Assembly (NCBI GenBank): GCA_951406725.2
Contig: OX597835.1
Coordinates: 45,818,001 to 45,882,000 of the forward strand
Reading direction: 5' to 3'
Length of the DNA: 64,000 nt
From: Octopus vulgaris
Taxonomy: Eukaryota
A program made the translations under genes and the position numbers. The notes under the pieces were generated by a model. The model was given only the letters and a program-made list of their open reading frames with translations. It made no database searches and had not been told where the DNA came from. Position 1 is the stretch's first letter; the number at the start of each line of letters is the position of its first letter. This document shows, piece after piece, positions 26,893 to 43,104 of this stretch.

Positions 26893-27927
26893 GTTACGTG
26901 TGCAGAATTCAAGCAGCGATAAAGTATTCCCTTTATTATAATACAGTAAATAACATAGTTATGTGATATCTATAATTCATGATTTTAAAATAAAGCACTA
27001 AGTAAATAACGACTTATTCTGCTCTCATGCATATATTGTAAAAAGATTTTTAGAGGACAAACAATGTATAATACCTGATTGGAATTTGTACATACATGGA
27101 TTTACATCGAGATTTAGACATCGGTAAACTCATCTAAAATCGCAACCCTTATGTAGATATGGGTGCGTGTAAGAGCGAGAGAGGAAGAGAGAGAGAACAG
27201 AGAGGGAGAAAGACTCTGTGTGTGTGTATTCACAAACATACACATATATGTATATATTAATATAAAGCATCAATTCGCTACAAAGTTTATCTCTGTAATA
27301 CAATAGAAAACAGCATATACGCCATGGACACACGGGTGGAGAAGGAATTTGAATGGCACGAAATCAATAACAATAAAAGAATGAATTACATTGAAGCGAT
27401 TTTCTTTTAATAATTGGCACCGATACAACTATTCCAAAATTCGATATTATACAATATATTTCAAACGGTGGTCGTTAGGAAAAATGATTTCACCACTCTT
27501 TCTGTTATGTTCTGTACTCAGTAGTAGATTCTTCCTTGTTGGACGGGTAGATGTCGAGGAAGCTGGCAAAATAAACTTGTTTATGTTTATGTGCACCGGA
27601 TGTTATTTTTCATATGACCTGTTGCCCTTGTTTATTTGTCCATATATCCACTATTATTTCCTATCACATACATTCACAGAACGCACTTCTTAACATGCTG
27701 CTATTCAAATCCGACATTTTCTCTCTCGTTTATTTTCTCTCTTCTCTGCCTCTCTCTCTCTCTCTTTGTCTTTCTCTATATATATATATATCTTTCTCTT
27801 ACCTTGTCTAAAGAATGACAAATGTCTGAATTCGGAAACACAAACACAAACACATACATTGGTACATGAGTATGTTTCTTTGCGATTATCAACAAGCATT
27901 ATCTCCTAACACCAGTGACCACATATG

Positions 27928-28345
<418 letters not shown>

Positions 28346-28619
28346 TATTTATATATATAGATACATATTTATACATATATACGTCTATACAGTCACACAT
28401 ATATACATGCGTATATATGCTCACAAGAGCACAACCATTCAATCACGCGGCATAGCAAGTAGGAACTGCAGAAACTAGAGTCCGTATACGCAGTCGCGTG
28501 TGATTATTTCGTTGAAACTGATAATTGAATTTGACCTCTCTACACTCATCTTCACACTTTGATAGAAAATGTGCATCTACTTGCATGTGTGGCTTGGGTG
28601 TGCGTGTCTATAACAAACA

Positions 28620-28960
<341 letters not shown>

Positions 28961-29983
28961 GATGTTTTCATTCACACAGAGTATAGATATGAACACCTCT
29001 CCGTATAGATGTTTCATTTCTATTTCTCGTTATTTGGCATGGAGTCCATTACATTTGATACGCAACGCTTTTTATATTCGAAATGAAATTCATTTGGCTC
29101 TAAACCAAAGTCTTTGCGTTAACGAAGCTTTGTTGATTTGATATCTATTGCTCCACACACACACCGTTGTTGCATTCATTCCCAAAATTACTGAATGATA
29201 TTCCATGTCTTATTATCTGTAAAAATGATGGCGGCATTTGGTTGCATAATGGCGAATTTCTCTCTAATTTGATTGATGCTGGAGAATCATGTTGAAAATT
29301 CAGTGATTTCCTTTAAATATGATATGCACATAACTGTTGAAATCGTTTATATGGCTCTTTCAGTTCATATAGATTGGTTTGGCTAGCATTACTGGCGCAT
29401 TTGCTTTTAATACATTCCGGGTAGTTTGGAAAGTGGGTGTGGGTAGTCTATTTCGTTTGATTTCTTTTGTTCATTTATATTTCCTTTCCTCCACAAGTTA
29501 CGAAGATTTAACAATCTGATTCTGAAATATGTTCAACACTTGACTCTGCCTATTTGTGTGAGGGTCGGTAGTTTCTGCAAAAGGAGATAAAATTTTATTT
29601 CATAATAGAAAAATTGCAGTGAAATGGCAAAATCGGGGGAACAACGGAGAAAATATACATTGCAATATCTATTCCGACCTTTCGTATTCCAATTTCAAAT
29701 GCCTGCCGTGTTTAAAATTGCCTTTCTTTTCTTCCATAATCGAAAAATTTACTATATTCATGGCAGGTTGACGAATGACGGAAATTCTTTAGAGTATCGT
29801 AAGAGAGACATTTCGTTATATTTGAGGTGTAAATACGTTCTGGGTTCTTAATCTATATCCTATCAATGGTATGCTCGTTGTAATGGAAAATGAAGAATTT
29901 GTCACCTGGATAATATTAATTGGACAGCACCATCAGAGAGAGCGGTGCGTAGGTTTGAGAAAAATCTCTGTCATACCGATTCA

Positions 29984-30052
<69 letters not shown>

Positions 30053-31410
30053 GTTACAAACAGAGGCAGAGAGAAAGAAAGTTGAATCAGCAATGTTTTT
30101 TAAAAACGTCTATCAGGAGAGAAAACTTACACGGTGTCTCTGGGAAAAGAGATAAATATATCATCAAATGGAACGCCTGGCCTGAATGCATACAACAGGT
30201 GTGTCCTTGCGAAAGGCAACTAAATTGTCTCGTGGTTGCGTTAAACATGGTGACAGATTAAGTCTGCCATGAAATTAGGCCGCGGCCGCATCTGAAACCA
30301 GGATGCAAACTGCTCGAATAAATACTGCAAGGGTTTTCCGGTCTTTCTTTCTAACAGTCCCGCCATTCCAACAGTAGCTATCGGTTCTTTGTTTTATCGA
30401 CACTGAAAGGATGAAGGGCCAATTGCCCTAGATGGAAGCAACGAGTATCTGGAAAAACACCACGAGGTATCATTCTACCTGACGGTTAACAACCTTAATT
30501 GCGAGATGTAAGAAAGATATAAATAAAAAGGAATGCCTTTTTACTTATTTACTTACTTTTTATTTATATCTTTCAGACTAGCTGGACCAACGCCCACGCA
30601 CTTTCGAAACATCTGGGATTGGTTGCGAATATGGAGGAAGCGAAAGTATATGCTGATTTATCTCCCAAGAGGGTTGCATTGTTCATCCGAATCAGTACTG
30701 AAGCGTATTATACTAATAACATTCAAAATCCAGGTGGCGTTAAGTTTAAACTCTGCAACGGATTTATTCTTTATCCCACCCGCTTGCTATGCAATCCATT
30801 TGACTTTAGCTGCGGTTTGAAATGTCGTTCTCATCTCAGTGTTATCCATGGCTTAATTCTTCCTAGCATAACATAAGCTATTATAGAATTATAAATGATA
30901 GATATGCCATTCTCGAACTACTAAATATATTATTATGAACAGGACATGCCAGAATCGGGAAATAGCACAAGCTTTGCAGGGTATTAATTCAGCATTAATT
31001 TATTTTCTATATCATAATAATATTCCTGCATAGGATTTTTATATATTTTTACCTGTCATATACAGTATATTTATGTTTCTCTTATGTTTCCTCGTGTTTC
31101 ACATCTAATATATTATATGATATATTTTCTTCAGCGTTCGCCAAATCAGAGATAGTTATGAAGAAAGAAAACACATCTTTCAACAAATTATATTAAACTA
31201 CAGGTTTCCTGTTGCTAAACCCATGTAATATAAAGCGATCACATAAAATATGTTAATTTACGATGATGGCTATAAACGAAGGCAAAAAAAAAACCCAGAA
31301 GCAAATGAATTAAAAGCCAGTGATATTGTTTATTTGTTTATTTTTTTCTTTTGTTGTCATTTCTATAGACTTCTATGTTTTCGTTTAAAACATTTGCTTT
31401 TATTTTTCCG

Positions 31411-31433
31411 ATAATAATAATAATAATAATAAC

Positions 31434-31474
<41 letters not shown>

Positions 31475-31816
31475 TAATAATAATGATAATAATGATGATA
31501 ATAAAAATAATAGGAAAATGATAGGAAAAAGAAGAAGAAGAAGAAGAAGAAAAGCAAGAACAAGAATTATTTATCATCATGATTATCATTATTATAATTA
31601 TTATTATTATTATCATTATTATTACTATCATTATTATTATTATGATTATTATTATTATTATTATTATTATTATCATTATTATTACTATCATTATTATTAT
31701 TATGATTATTATTATTATTATTATTATTATTATCATTATTATTACTATCATTATTATTATTATTATTATTATCATTATTTTTATCATTATTATTATTATT
31801 ATCATTATTATTATTA

Positions 31817-31882
<66 letters not shown>
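31411..31882. repeat. Opposed (AAT)n and (ATT)n tracts, the second with a 60-bp higher-order period
   Basis: The 60-nt lines starting at 31621 and 31681 are identical. Confidence 0.9.
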
Positions 31883-31996
31883 GATATGTACTTAAATGAG
31901 TAAATTTCAACTGAGCTAAATTTATTGCCTAATATTAATTTATCTTTGAAATATTTTATTGTGGATAACTTCCGTATTGAACAGAATATATATTTT

Positions 31997-32036
<40 letters not shown>

Positions 32037-32500
32037 TAAGTAGCTCCGTGCGTGTGTGTGTGTGTGCTTAGGTTTGTGCATGTACCGCCCTCATCTTTAA
32101 TGTCATAACAGAATAACGTCCATAGGAAAACAGGCGCACACACATAAACAAGACCTAAACTAAACCTCGCAGAATTACACACACACACAAGCACGAACGA
32201 ATATAAATCAAAACGCGTTCGCATACCTGCATACACACACACATAAATATGTATGTATATATATATATATACAATTGCGTGTGCATGAGCAAGAGTGTGT
32301 GTTCATGTGTGTGTGTGTGTGTGTGTGTGTGCGTGCGTACACTGAAGCACATCCGACACACAGACACGCCACATGCAATACAGATCGGAAAGTCACTGGT
32401 ATGCATCTAGTCAAGTTGTAGCCGAAATTATTCCTATAAATTGAAAGAGGCGACAGAGTGCATCAAACTAATTTGAACATATGTGAGTGTGTGAGAGTGG

Positions 32501-32559
<59 letters not shown>

Positions 32560-32626
32560 TATATGTGTGTGTGTGTATGTACATATATATGTATGTATAT
32601 ATTTATACACATAAATATGAATGTGC

Positions 32627-32664
<38 letters not shown>

Positions 32665-32711
32665 ATGTACATATATATGTATGTATATATTTATACACAT
32701 AAATATGAATG

Positions 32712-32758
<47 letters not shown>

Positions 32759-32865
32759 ACACACATATATATATACACCGGAGTAAGCAAACGAATGTGA
32801 AACAAGGTGGAATACCAGAGGTAGAGTAATATGCTTTATTTAATAGCAGCAGAAATATCACAAAA

Positions 32866-32903
32866 AACTGTTACTCAGAGTTTCACGTCCCCGTCGTGGG
32901 ACA
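32866..32903 (-). ncRNA. Decayed hammerhead-like motif (inverted partner of 32988-33034)
   Basis: Minus strand UGU-CCCACGA-CG(ggga)CGU-GAAACUC(u)GAGUA-ACAGUU. Confidence 0.35.
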
Positions 32904-32923
32904 CACACACACACACACACACA

Positions 32924-32980
<57 letters not shown>

Positions 32981-32987
32981 TCTAAAG

Positions 32988-33034
32988 AACAACGTCCGAC
33001 GAACAGGAACGGGAAACTCTGAGTAGCAGTTGTT
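32988..33034 (+). ncRNA. Minimal hammerhead-like motif with CCGACGA core and decayed stem II
   Basis: AACAACGU-CCGACGA-ACA(ggaa)CGG-GAAACUC(u)GAGUA-GCAGUUGUU. Stem I has 8 bp with one bulge, stem III is near-palindromic ACUCUGAGU, and the triplet is GUA. Confidence 0.5.
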
Positions 33035-33079
33035 GCTGCTTCTAGATAAATATAGCGTATATATATATATATATATGTA

Positions 33080-33460
33080 TCCCTTTACTTATCTCTAATT
33101 TCAGTCATCAGACTGTGGCCATACTGTGAAACAATTTCAGTCGAATGGATCGACCCTAGTACTCAAAAACCAGGTACTTATTCTATCGCATACTTAAACA
33201 GTCCGCAACGGTTATCAAGCGAAATGAAGGGGAAATACACAAAGACAAAGACTCTCACACACACATATACATATATGTATACATACAGATACATGCGAAG
33301 CTCTTCCTTCAGTTTCCGTCTACCAAATCCAGTCACAAGGCTTCGGTACGCCATAGATTTTAGTAGAAAGCACTCACACTAGGTGCCTCGCAGTGCGACT
33401 GAACCCAGAGCCATATGCTTTGGAAGCAAGCTTCTAACCACACAGCAATGTATGCACCTT
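33080..33460 (-). mobile_element. SINE family A copy
   Basis: tttcagtcatcagactgtggccatactg...cagtttccgtctaccaaatcc...gcagtgcgactgaaccc...gcaagcttctaaccacacagc. Confidence 0.75.
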
Positions 33461-33554
33461 CTTACCAGGCAGCCACGGCTGTATCTACACATAAACACAC
33501 ACACAATATATATATATATATACATATGATCTATGGCATAAATTTCAGCAGGTG

Positions 33555-33600
<46 letters not shown>

Positions 33601-34065
33601 TTATATATATATATGTGTGTGTTTCCCTTTAAATTAGAATATAAAAAATACACAGATGCACACTAACATATGCAACACACGCACTCACACACACGAACCA
33701 ACAAGCAAACATACACAGTTAGGGGCGCGTGCATAAACATCACACAGACTATTTATAAAATGCAGTCTCCGTTTCTGACCGTCTGAAGTTCAATTCCCTG
33801 TTGGGGATAATTTCATTTTTTTGTTCTTTTCATCATTTATTCGATTATCAGTTTTGTTGAATTAATTAGCATTCTTAATCTTAGGTCAATTCCATTTGAT
33901 CTATTTAAACCTATTACAGAAATACAGCTTTTGAGCTTTGTGAAAGAAATTACATACTGTCGATTGAATATTGTTGCTATTTTTGACAAAACTGGATTGT
34001 TGTCTCATTACTGTACGAGTTTAATATTTACTATCCTCAGATATGCGTTTTATCTGCTAAATAGC

Positions 34066-34513
34066 CTTTTCTATTCTAGGCACAAGACCCACTTCTCCAC
34101 CCTTACTATTCTTTTCTACTCTAGGCACAAGGACCGACATTTTGGGGAAGGAGGACAGTCGATCAGCTCGACCCCAGTACACAACTGGTACTTAATTTAT
34201 CGACCCCGAAAGGATGAAAGGTAAAGTCAACCTCGGCAGCATTTGAACTCAGAACATAAAGAGAGACGAAATACATATTTCTATTCCTTTACTACACACA
34301 AGGGGCTAAACACACAGGGGATAAACAAGGACAAACAAACGGGTGAAGTCAATTACATCGACCTCAGTACGCAACTAGTACTTAATTTATCGACCCCGAG
34401 AGGATAAAGGACAAAGTCGACCTCGGTGGAATTTGAACTCAGAACGTAACGGCAGCCGAAATACGGCTACGCATTTCGCCCGACATACTAACGTTTCTAC
34501 CTGAACGCCGCCT
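34066..34513 (-). mobile_element. SINE family B dimer or composite
   Basis: Two consecutive gtacttaatttatcgacccc...aaagtc(a/g)acctcgg...atttgaactcagaac units (~34188-34256 and ~34378-34445), plus a duplicated 3' tail at 34066-34090. Confidence 0.85.
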
Positions 34514-35949
34514 TTTATCTCTTATATATATAGATAACGAAATTAGCATCACATGTACCGATATACCCGCGTTACGGTAACGCGTTCGAGAAAATTTTGC
34601 AAAATAAAACTCAGTATATGACATTTATGTTTATTGCCATCCATGTGATATGAAAGTCGAAGAGAATATAGATTTCGCATTACGGAAATGTTATTTACGG
34701 CAAAATTTACAGCACCACTTATTTCTTTTAAGATATATCGGTTTTTGTCTATATTAATAATAGTTAATTAGAGTAAGTAAAATTACTGAGTTTAATTACA
34801 GGTCTGGTACGAAATCATTCTGGAAATCACATATTCACTTGGACTTAATGCGATACATATTACAAAAGGGATGTATTAGGTCTTTTGTGGCCTTTCATAC
34901 ATAAATAAGGCGTGTGTAGGTATTTACATATAAATATATACTCGTGTGAGAGAAAGAGAAAGAGGGAGAGAGAAGGGGGATCAAAGTAAGAAAGAGAGAG
35001 AGAGTGAGACAGAGTACGTACGTTATATATGTGCCGGAGCAGAAAATCTCTTTTTATCTAGCGCACAATTATTTGAAAAGAATGTATTAAATACATTCAA
35101 AATAACATTATTGGTTTGACTTCCTTATACGTTGTGCCACACCATGTTATAACAAGTTAGCCAATACTTATACAGCTATTATAACTAAGTTTTGGAATCG
35201 TTGCTGCAAACTGAATTACTTCAACAAGCTGATACATTGTAATGTACCAGATATATACATATACCGAAAGAAATTAACGTAGAAAAACCCACAACTTTCA
35301 AACTGAACCTGGACAAATTCCTCCAGAAAATACCGCATAAACCTTCTACACATGGATATGACTCAACCAACAACTCTTTGCTTGAGTGGTCCATGGTGTT
35401 CCGAAATAATTAACTAAAAGACCTTTCCAGGTGATGCTATTGAGTTAGTCATGTCCTGGGCCGATAATGGACGAAACCAATGTAAGTTATCTAAGTTATT
35501 ATATATGATAATCACATACATGTAAGTACATACAGATGGATCAGAAAGATTTTGTACAACCAGATACCTATGACGTCGCCATATCTCATCTGTTGCCAAG
35601 TAAGAAGTTATTTCACCGAGTCCGGTTATTGTTACGTGGAGTATAGAAAACTAAGAACAGTTCATGTATAACAGTGATACTCACAATTCAGCGATGTCAA
35701 GTTAAGGGAATACCAAAGCAAGCACACGCGCACTCACATATTGAAACATATATTTTCATTGTGTATATACATACACATATGCATACGTGTATACGTATTT
35801 ACATGTGTGTGCGTGTGCGCGTGTGCATATATGAAGTTTTATATATATATATGTATTTATATATATATTGATAGATAGACAGATAGATAGATACATAGAT
35901 AGATAGGTAGATAGATAGATAAATAGATAGATAGATAGATATTATATAT

Positions 35950-35994
<45 letters not shown>

Positions 35995-35997
<3 letters not shown>

Positions 35998-36062
35998 TAC
36001 ATATGTATATATACAACGATGCATCTATACATAACTATCTATCTGTCCATCTACATATATAC

Positions 36063-36094
<32 letters not shown>

Positions 36095-36159
36095 TACATA
36101 TGTATATATACAACGATGCATCTATACATAACTATCTATCTGTCCATCTACATATATAC

Positions 36160-36190
<31 letters not shown>
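35995..36190. repeat. Two-copy ~97-bp tandem duplication
   Basis: tactacatatgtatatatacaacgatgcatctatacataactatctatctgtccatctacatatatacg appears twice with identical sequence. Confidence 0.95.
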
Positions 36191-36196
<6 letters not shown>

Positions 36197-36270
36197 AAGA
36201 AATAAGTAAAACCATCCAGAAAAAATCTGGATGGTTTTACATTTACCGATTTTTATTAATATGTCTCATG

Positions 36271-36946
36271 TTTTATAAATCATATCTAGCACTTGCATCT
36301 ACTCTAGTAGAATCTTCACATTTTATTTTTTGAGGGGATTCGTCTCTTTTTATAGTATTATTAATTGTTTAAGGGTGGAGAGAGATATTGGATAGTAAAA
36401 GAGGGTGAGGGATGGGAAGAAAGTGAGAGAGGCTGTGTGTGTTTTTGTGGGTGTGTGTATGTGTGTGTGTGTTTGTGTCTGTGTATCTGAAAGGCGTGTC
36501 AATGGAAAAGAAAAGGAAAGAAAGAAGGAAGAGAGAAAGAAGAAACAGAATGTGTTTACATTTATACAGCTGGTCACCTCTTTCAATAAAAAGGGATGAG
36601 TTGATTCTTGGAATAATTTTCTATTGAAAGAACTGACCAGTTATATAGATGTAAACACATTCTGTTTTTTCTTTCTCTCTTCCTTTTTCTTTCCTTCTCT
36701 TTCCATTGACACTTCTTGCAGATACACAGGCACAAACGCACACATCCACATATACAGATACACACACACAAAACACACACACCCTCTCTCACTTTCTTCC
36801 TATTCCTCACCCTCTTTTACTATCCTATAGCTCTCTCCACCCCTACACAATCAATCATACTATAAAAAGAGACGAATCCCCTCAAAAGATTCCAATGTGA
36901 AGATTCTACTAGAGTAGATGCAAGTGCTGATATATGATTTATAAAA
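36271..36946. repeat. Long fold-back inverted repeat (arms ~320 bp, loop ~25 nt)
   Basis: 36271-36592 is a colinear reverse complement of 36617-36946, e.g. agcacttgcatctactctagtagaatcttcacatt / aatgtgaagattctactagagtagatgcaagtgct. Confidence 0.95.
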
Positions 36947-37216
36947 TCTCTGATTATCTCTCACTACCAGCGTAACCTATCTCTAACATATTGCATATTA
37001 TTATACATACGATAAGATTACTTAAGCGGTAAAAAATCAGAATGAACTTTCAAACACAAGCAGGGAAAAGAACAACTGTAACAGCAAGAAAATACAAACG
37101 CTGTTGGATAATCTAGAAAACGTTAAACTGTTTCATTAAGTATCATAAGACAAATACAGATATAACCGCAACGACTCCAGCCTGTGTAATGGAGAATGAT
37201 TTAGAAAGCAAACCTT

Positions 37217-37525
37217 ATAACGTGGGAAAATTAAATAGCTTCAAACGTTTAAGTGTTACTCACAAAAATGTATATATATATATACATAGACACATAGCGT
37301 ATTATATATTTTGATATATCTATGTATGTGTGTGTATACATGCATACATATATGCACATATATATATATGTGTATGTGTATAACGTGGGAAACTTAAATC
37401 GCTTCAAACGTTTAAGTGTTACTCACAAAAATACATATATATATACATAGGCACATAGCGTATTATATATTTTGATATCTATGTCTGTGTGTGTATACAT
37501 GCATACATATATGCACATATATATG
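37217..37525. repeat. Two-copy ~163-bp tandem duplication
   Basis: taacgtgggaaa(a/c)ttaaat(a/c)gcttcaaacgtttaagtgttactcacaaaaat... starts at 37218 and again at 37381. Confidence 0.95.
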
Positions 37526-37911
37526 TAAGTATCTGTCCTTATGTATATGTTAGTTTGTCTCTGTGTGTACCGATGCGCACGTGTGAGTAACCGAGAATCA
37601 GGTTAAAAGTAATAGGTGATTTCCAATGCTATCAAATTCCGTGATTATCTTATTTCAATTTGTGATGTTCGCTGAAAAGTAAAATCGAGTTGGCTCTGAT
37701 CATATTTATCAAGGGTACAATAAAGTTTCCGAGTTTATGTTGAAGCAAATTTAATACATTTTTGCGTCGCTAAAGTTATTTAGAGAAGCAATGAATGTCA
37801 TAACGTCAACGTTTTGCTCTCACTTCGACAAATATAAATACCACCATAACACAAATTCATTCAGACACCTCAAACTTGATAATTTCAATCCCGATGGATA
37901 GCGTGTCGCAG

Positions 37912-39553
<1,642 letters not shown>

Positions 39554-40004
39554 GTTATTGCTATTGTTATCATATATTAATTTACATTTGTTATCATTAG
39601 GCGAGTGCATCCGATTTCCAATCCTAGCCACAACATCGCTAAAGTACTGTTGAAATAAATGAACGTAGTAACAATCGCTAGTCGTGCAAAACACACCATA
39701 AACGTCAAATTATCTTTGCTTTCTAAATGATCGGTGATTTGTCAGAAAACCAGTCACATGATCACCAATCACATCATATTCTCTCACGACATGACAGACA
39801 ACATTAATGCTATTGTCCTAGGAATCATTTTCAGACGAGAGAAAGTGAGTGGTCGTGTTAGTTTTCATTATAATTCTGTACAGCTCTGTTTCGACTGAAA
39901 CTAAACAAGTGGTCAGCGATGCGCTAAACATATCAGTCGCATTCCTGTCAATCGCAACGTGAGTTCTTGTGACATGGAAGTACACATTGAATGCTATCAC
40001 CCAA

Positions 40005-40423
40005 TACTCTTTACTCTTTTACTCTTTTACTTGTTTCAGTCATTTGACTGCGGCTATGCTGGAGCACCGCTTTTAGTCGAGCAAATCGACCCCGGGACTT
40101 ATTCTTTGTAAGCCCAGTACTTATTCTGTCGGTCTCTTTTGCCGAACCGCTAAGTGACGGGTACGTAAACACACCAGCATCGGTTGTCAAGCAATGCTAG
40201 GGGGACAAATACAGACACACAAACACACACACACATACATATATATACACATATATACGACAGGCTTCTTTCAGTTTCCATCTACCAAATCCACTTACAA
40301 GGCATTGGTCGGCCCGGGGCTATAGCAGAAGACACTTGCCCAAGATGCCACGCAGTGGGACTGAACCCGGAACCATGTTGTTGGTTAGCAAGTTACTTAC
40401 CACACAGCCACTCCTGCGCCTAT
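40005..40423 (-). mobile_element. SINE family A, near-intact young copy
   Basis: Near-identical reverse complement of 1724-2137, with an (actctttt)n tail. Confidence 0.9.
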
Positions 40424-40605
40424 ACATTATTTTCAGAGAGAAAGAACATGGTTGGGTTATTTTTTGCCCCGATTCTGGACAATTCGGTTCCAACTAAACA
40501 AGGACTCCTCAACTTAAGAAAAAAAATGACATTCACATGTCCATCACCCACACAGCACTCTCTTTAGATCTGAGAGGTCACATTCAATGCTGGTGTAAAA
40601 AAATA

Positions 40606-40730
40606 GGATTAAAAGGAGATAACATGCGCGGTTCGGTTACCTTCGATCATAATCCATTACAATTAGGATTAAAAAGAGATAACATGCGCGGTTGGGTTAC
40701 CTTCGATCATGATACATTACAATTAAGATT
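40606..40730. repeat. 60-bp tandem duplication
   Basis: ggattaaaa(g/a)gagataacatgcgcggtt(c/g)ggttaccttcgatcat...cattacaatta occurs twice. Confidence 0.95.
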
Positions 40731-41188
40731 TGAAAGAAATATACTTACTGATATCAGGTATAAAAGCGATCTCTGTGGCCAGTGGATTTACTGTAACTAG
40801 CCGCTACATTTTACACAAATCGTAACTCAAATTGGTAAGAAATATCATCATCGATTGGATCATTTGGTCAGGAATGTATTATACATTCCATAGACAAAAT
40901 CGGCGTGATAGTCATGGTGGGAATTTACATGATGATACATATGCTCCATTGTGGGCTGTTTCAGGCAGAACCGAAAGAATAGCAAAAAGGAATCAGTGGT
41001 TCATGACACTACCTAATGAAACGTCCAAGTGAAGTCAGTCAAATCGCTAGACACAGCAGCTAATACTTCCTCAATTATCACCATAACGTTCTCAAAATAC
41101 GTGATCAAAGCGAATATATTGCTGAGCTGAATGAGATGGGATTCCATTGATTAGAACATCACACACACTAGAACAACCGCCACACACT

Positions 41189-41278
<90 letters not shown>

Positions 41279-41661
41279 CTGGTGTGTTTGTGTCTTTGTA
41301 TATGCGTACATGAAATGATGATCTTTTTACACTCAGTGCATTGTATGATTTAAAGTCAGTAGAATCCATCTAATTTTGCTTCTATTTTATTGCAATATTA
41401 CATATTGCCATTTTGGTTATATCATTAATGAATGAATTCGGTGGTTTATTTTACTCAATGTTCAATTCAATAAAACAATTTACCTCTTGGAAATGCTTCC
41501 ACCAATAGATATATATGTGTGCGGGAGTGTATGTATATGTATGTAGGTATGAATACATATATACATACATAAATATGTACACAAGCATATCTCTCATTTC
41601 GATATATATATATATGTGATGTGTGTGTGTGTATAACTATAAATATCATACATTTATTTGC

Positions 41662-41728
<67 letters not shown>

Positions 41729-41908
41729 ATTATTTGTAAAATATGGTCAACACTTCACACAAAAAAAATATGTATTTTTAATACGCTACACGATAAATTG
41801 CTCAGCATTTTTTTCTATATAAAGGCATTGAAATTTAAATAGGATTTGTCCAAAAACTATCATTGTTATCATTATTATCATTATTATTATTAACATTATT
41901 ATTATTAC

Positions 41909-41980
<72 letters not shown>

Positions 41981-42380
41981 CATCATCATCATCATCATCG
42001 TTGTTGTTATCAACATTATTGCTGTAGCTTTGTGTTTGTTTGTTTTAGTATTGTACAGTTTGGTCCTAAGCTCTGCTGCTCCATACGCAATCGTTCTTCG
42101 ACGTAGTAGTAATATTAGTACTAGTAATAGCAGAATTTGAAGTTGTTGTTGTTGTTGTTGCCGTTGGTGTTATGTCGTTATTGTTGTTGGTGTGTGTTTT
42201 CATAGTGTTTGTTTCAGTGGTGGCAGTAATTTCATAATCAAAATTATTGTTATTATTAAGCATTTCATTATATTCATCCATGCGTTCTTTTTTACTATTT
42301 TTTTGTTTATATGCAATTTAATATTGCACTTAATATTGTTGATATTTATTGACGCTCTTGTTGTTGTTGTTGTTGTTGTT

Positions 42381-42427
<47 letters not shown>

Positions 42428-42944
42428 AATCATTTATGTATATATTCATTTATTCGTGTTCGTAAATATCGCAGGGATATCATATTCTAACCAGATTTGT
42501 GATTTTAATCTAAACAATAACCTTTGGTTTTTTCTTCTTGTTTTATTCTGTTCTGCTTTATGCAATATTAGCACCAATATTTTTTTGGAAACAGTTGGCG
42601 GCGAGGGATTATTCAAATGATATTTCACTTGAAATCAGAACAAGTTAATTATGTTGTTGATTAAGGTAGCGGTGGTGGTGATGGTGGTGTTAGTAGTGGA
42701 AGTGCTGGTGATGTAGCGTGTGCTGTGAGTTGTTCTAGATTTGTTTAGTTTTAAAATATTTTTTTATTGCATTATTCTACTCGAAATATCTTGAATAATT
42801 TTTTTCCCCTTCTTGCTTCTCTGTTTGTTTGTCAATGCCTCTAATATAATTTGACAACAAAATGGCTCTTCATAAATTAGAGTGGTTTCACACACAAAAA
42901 AAAGAAACGCTAGGACGTAATCATGGCATTCTACTATATTTACA

Positions 42945-42997
<53 letters not shown>

Positions 42998-43017
42998 TAA
43001 CAATAATAATAATAATA

Positions 43018-43104
<87 letters not shown>

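Noticed and set aside
40606-40730. Short direct repeats that might suggest a CRISPR array (also 49353-49680 and 37217-37525)
   Set aside because: Contiguous tandem duplications with no unique spacers, no cas genes and a eukaryotic context.
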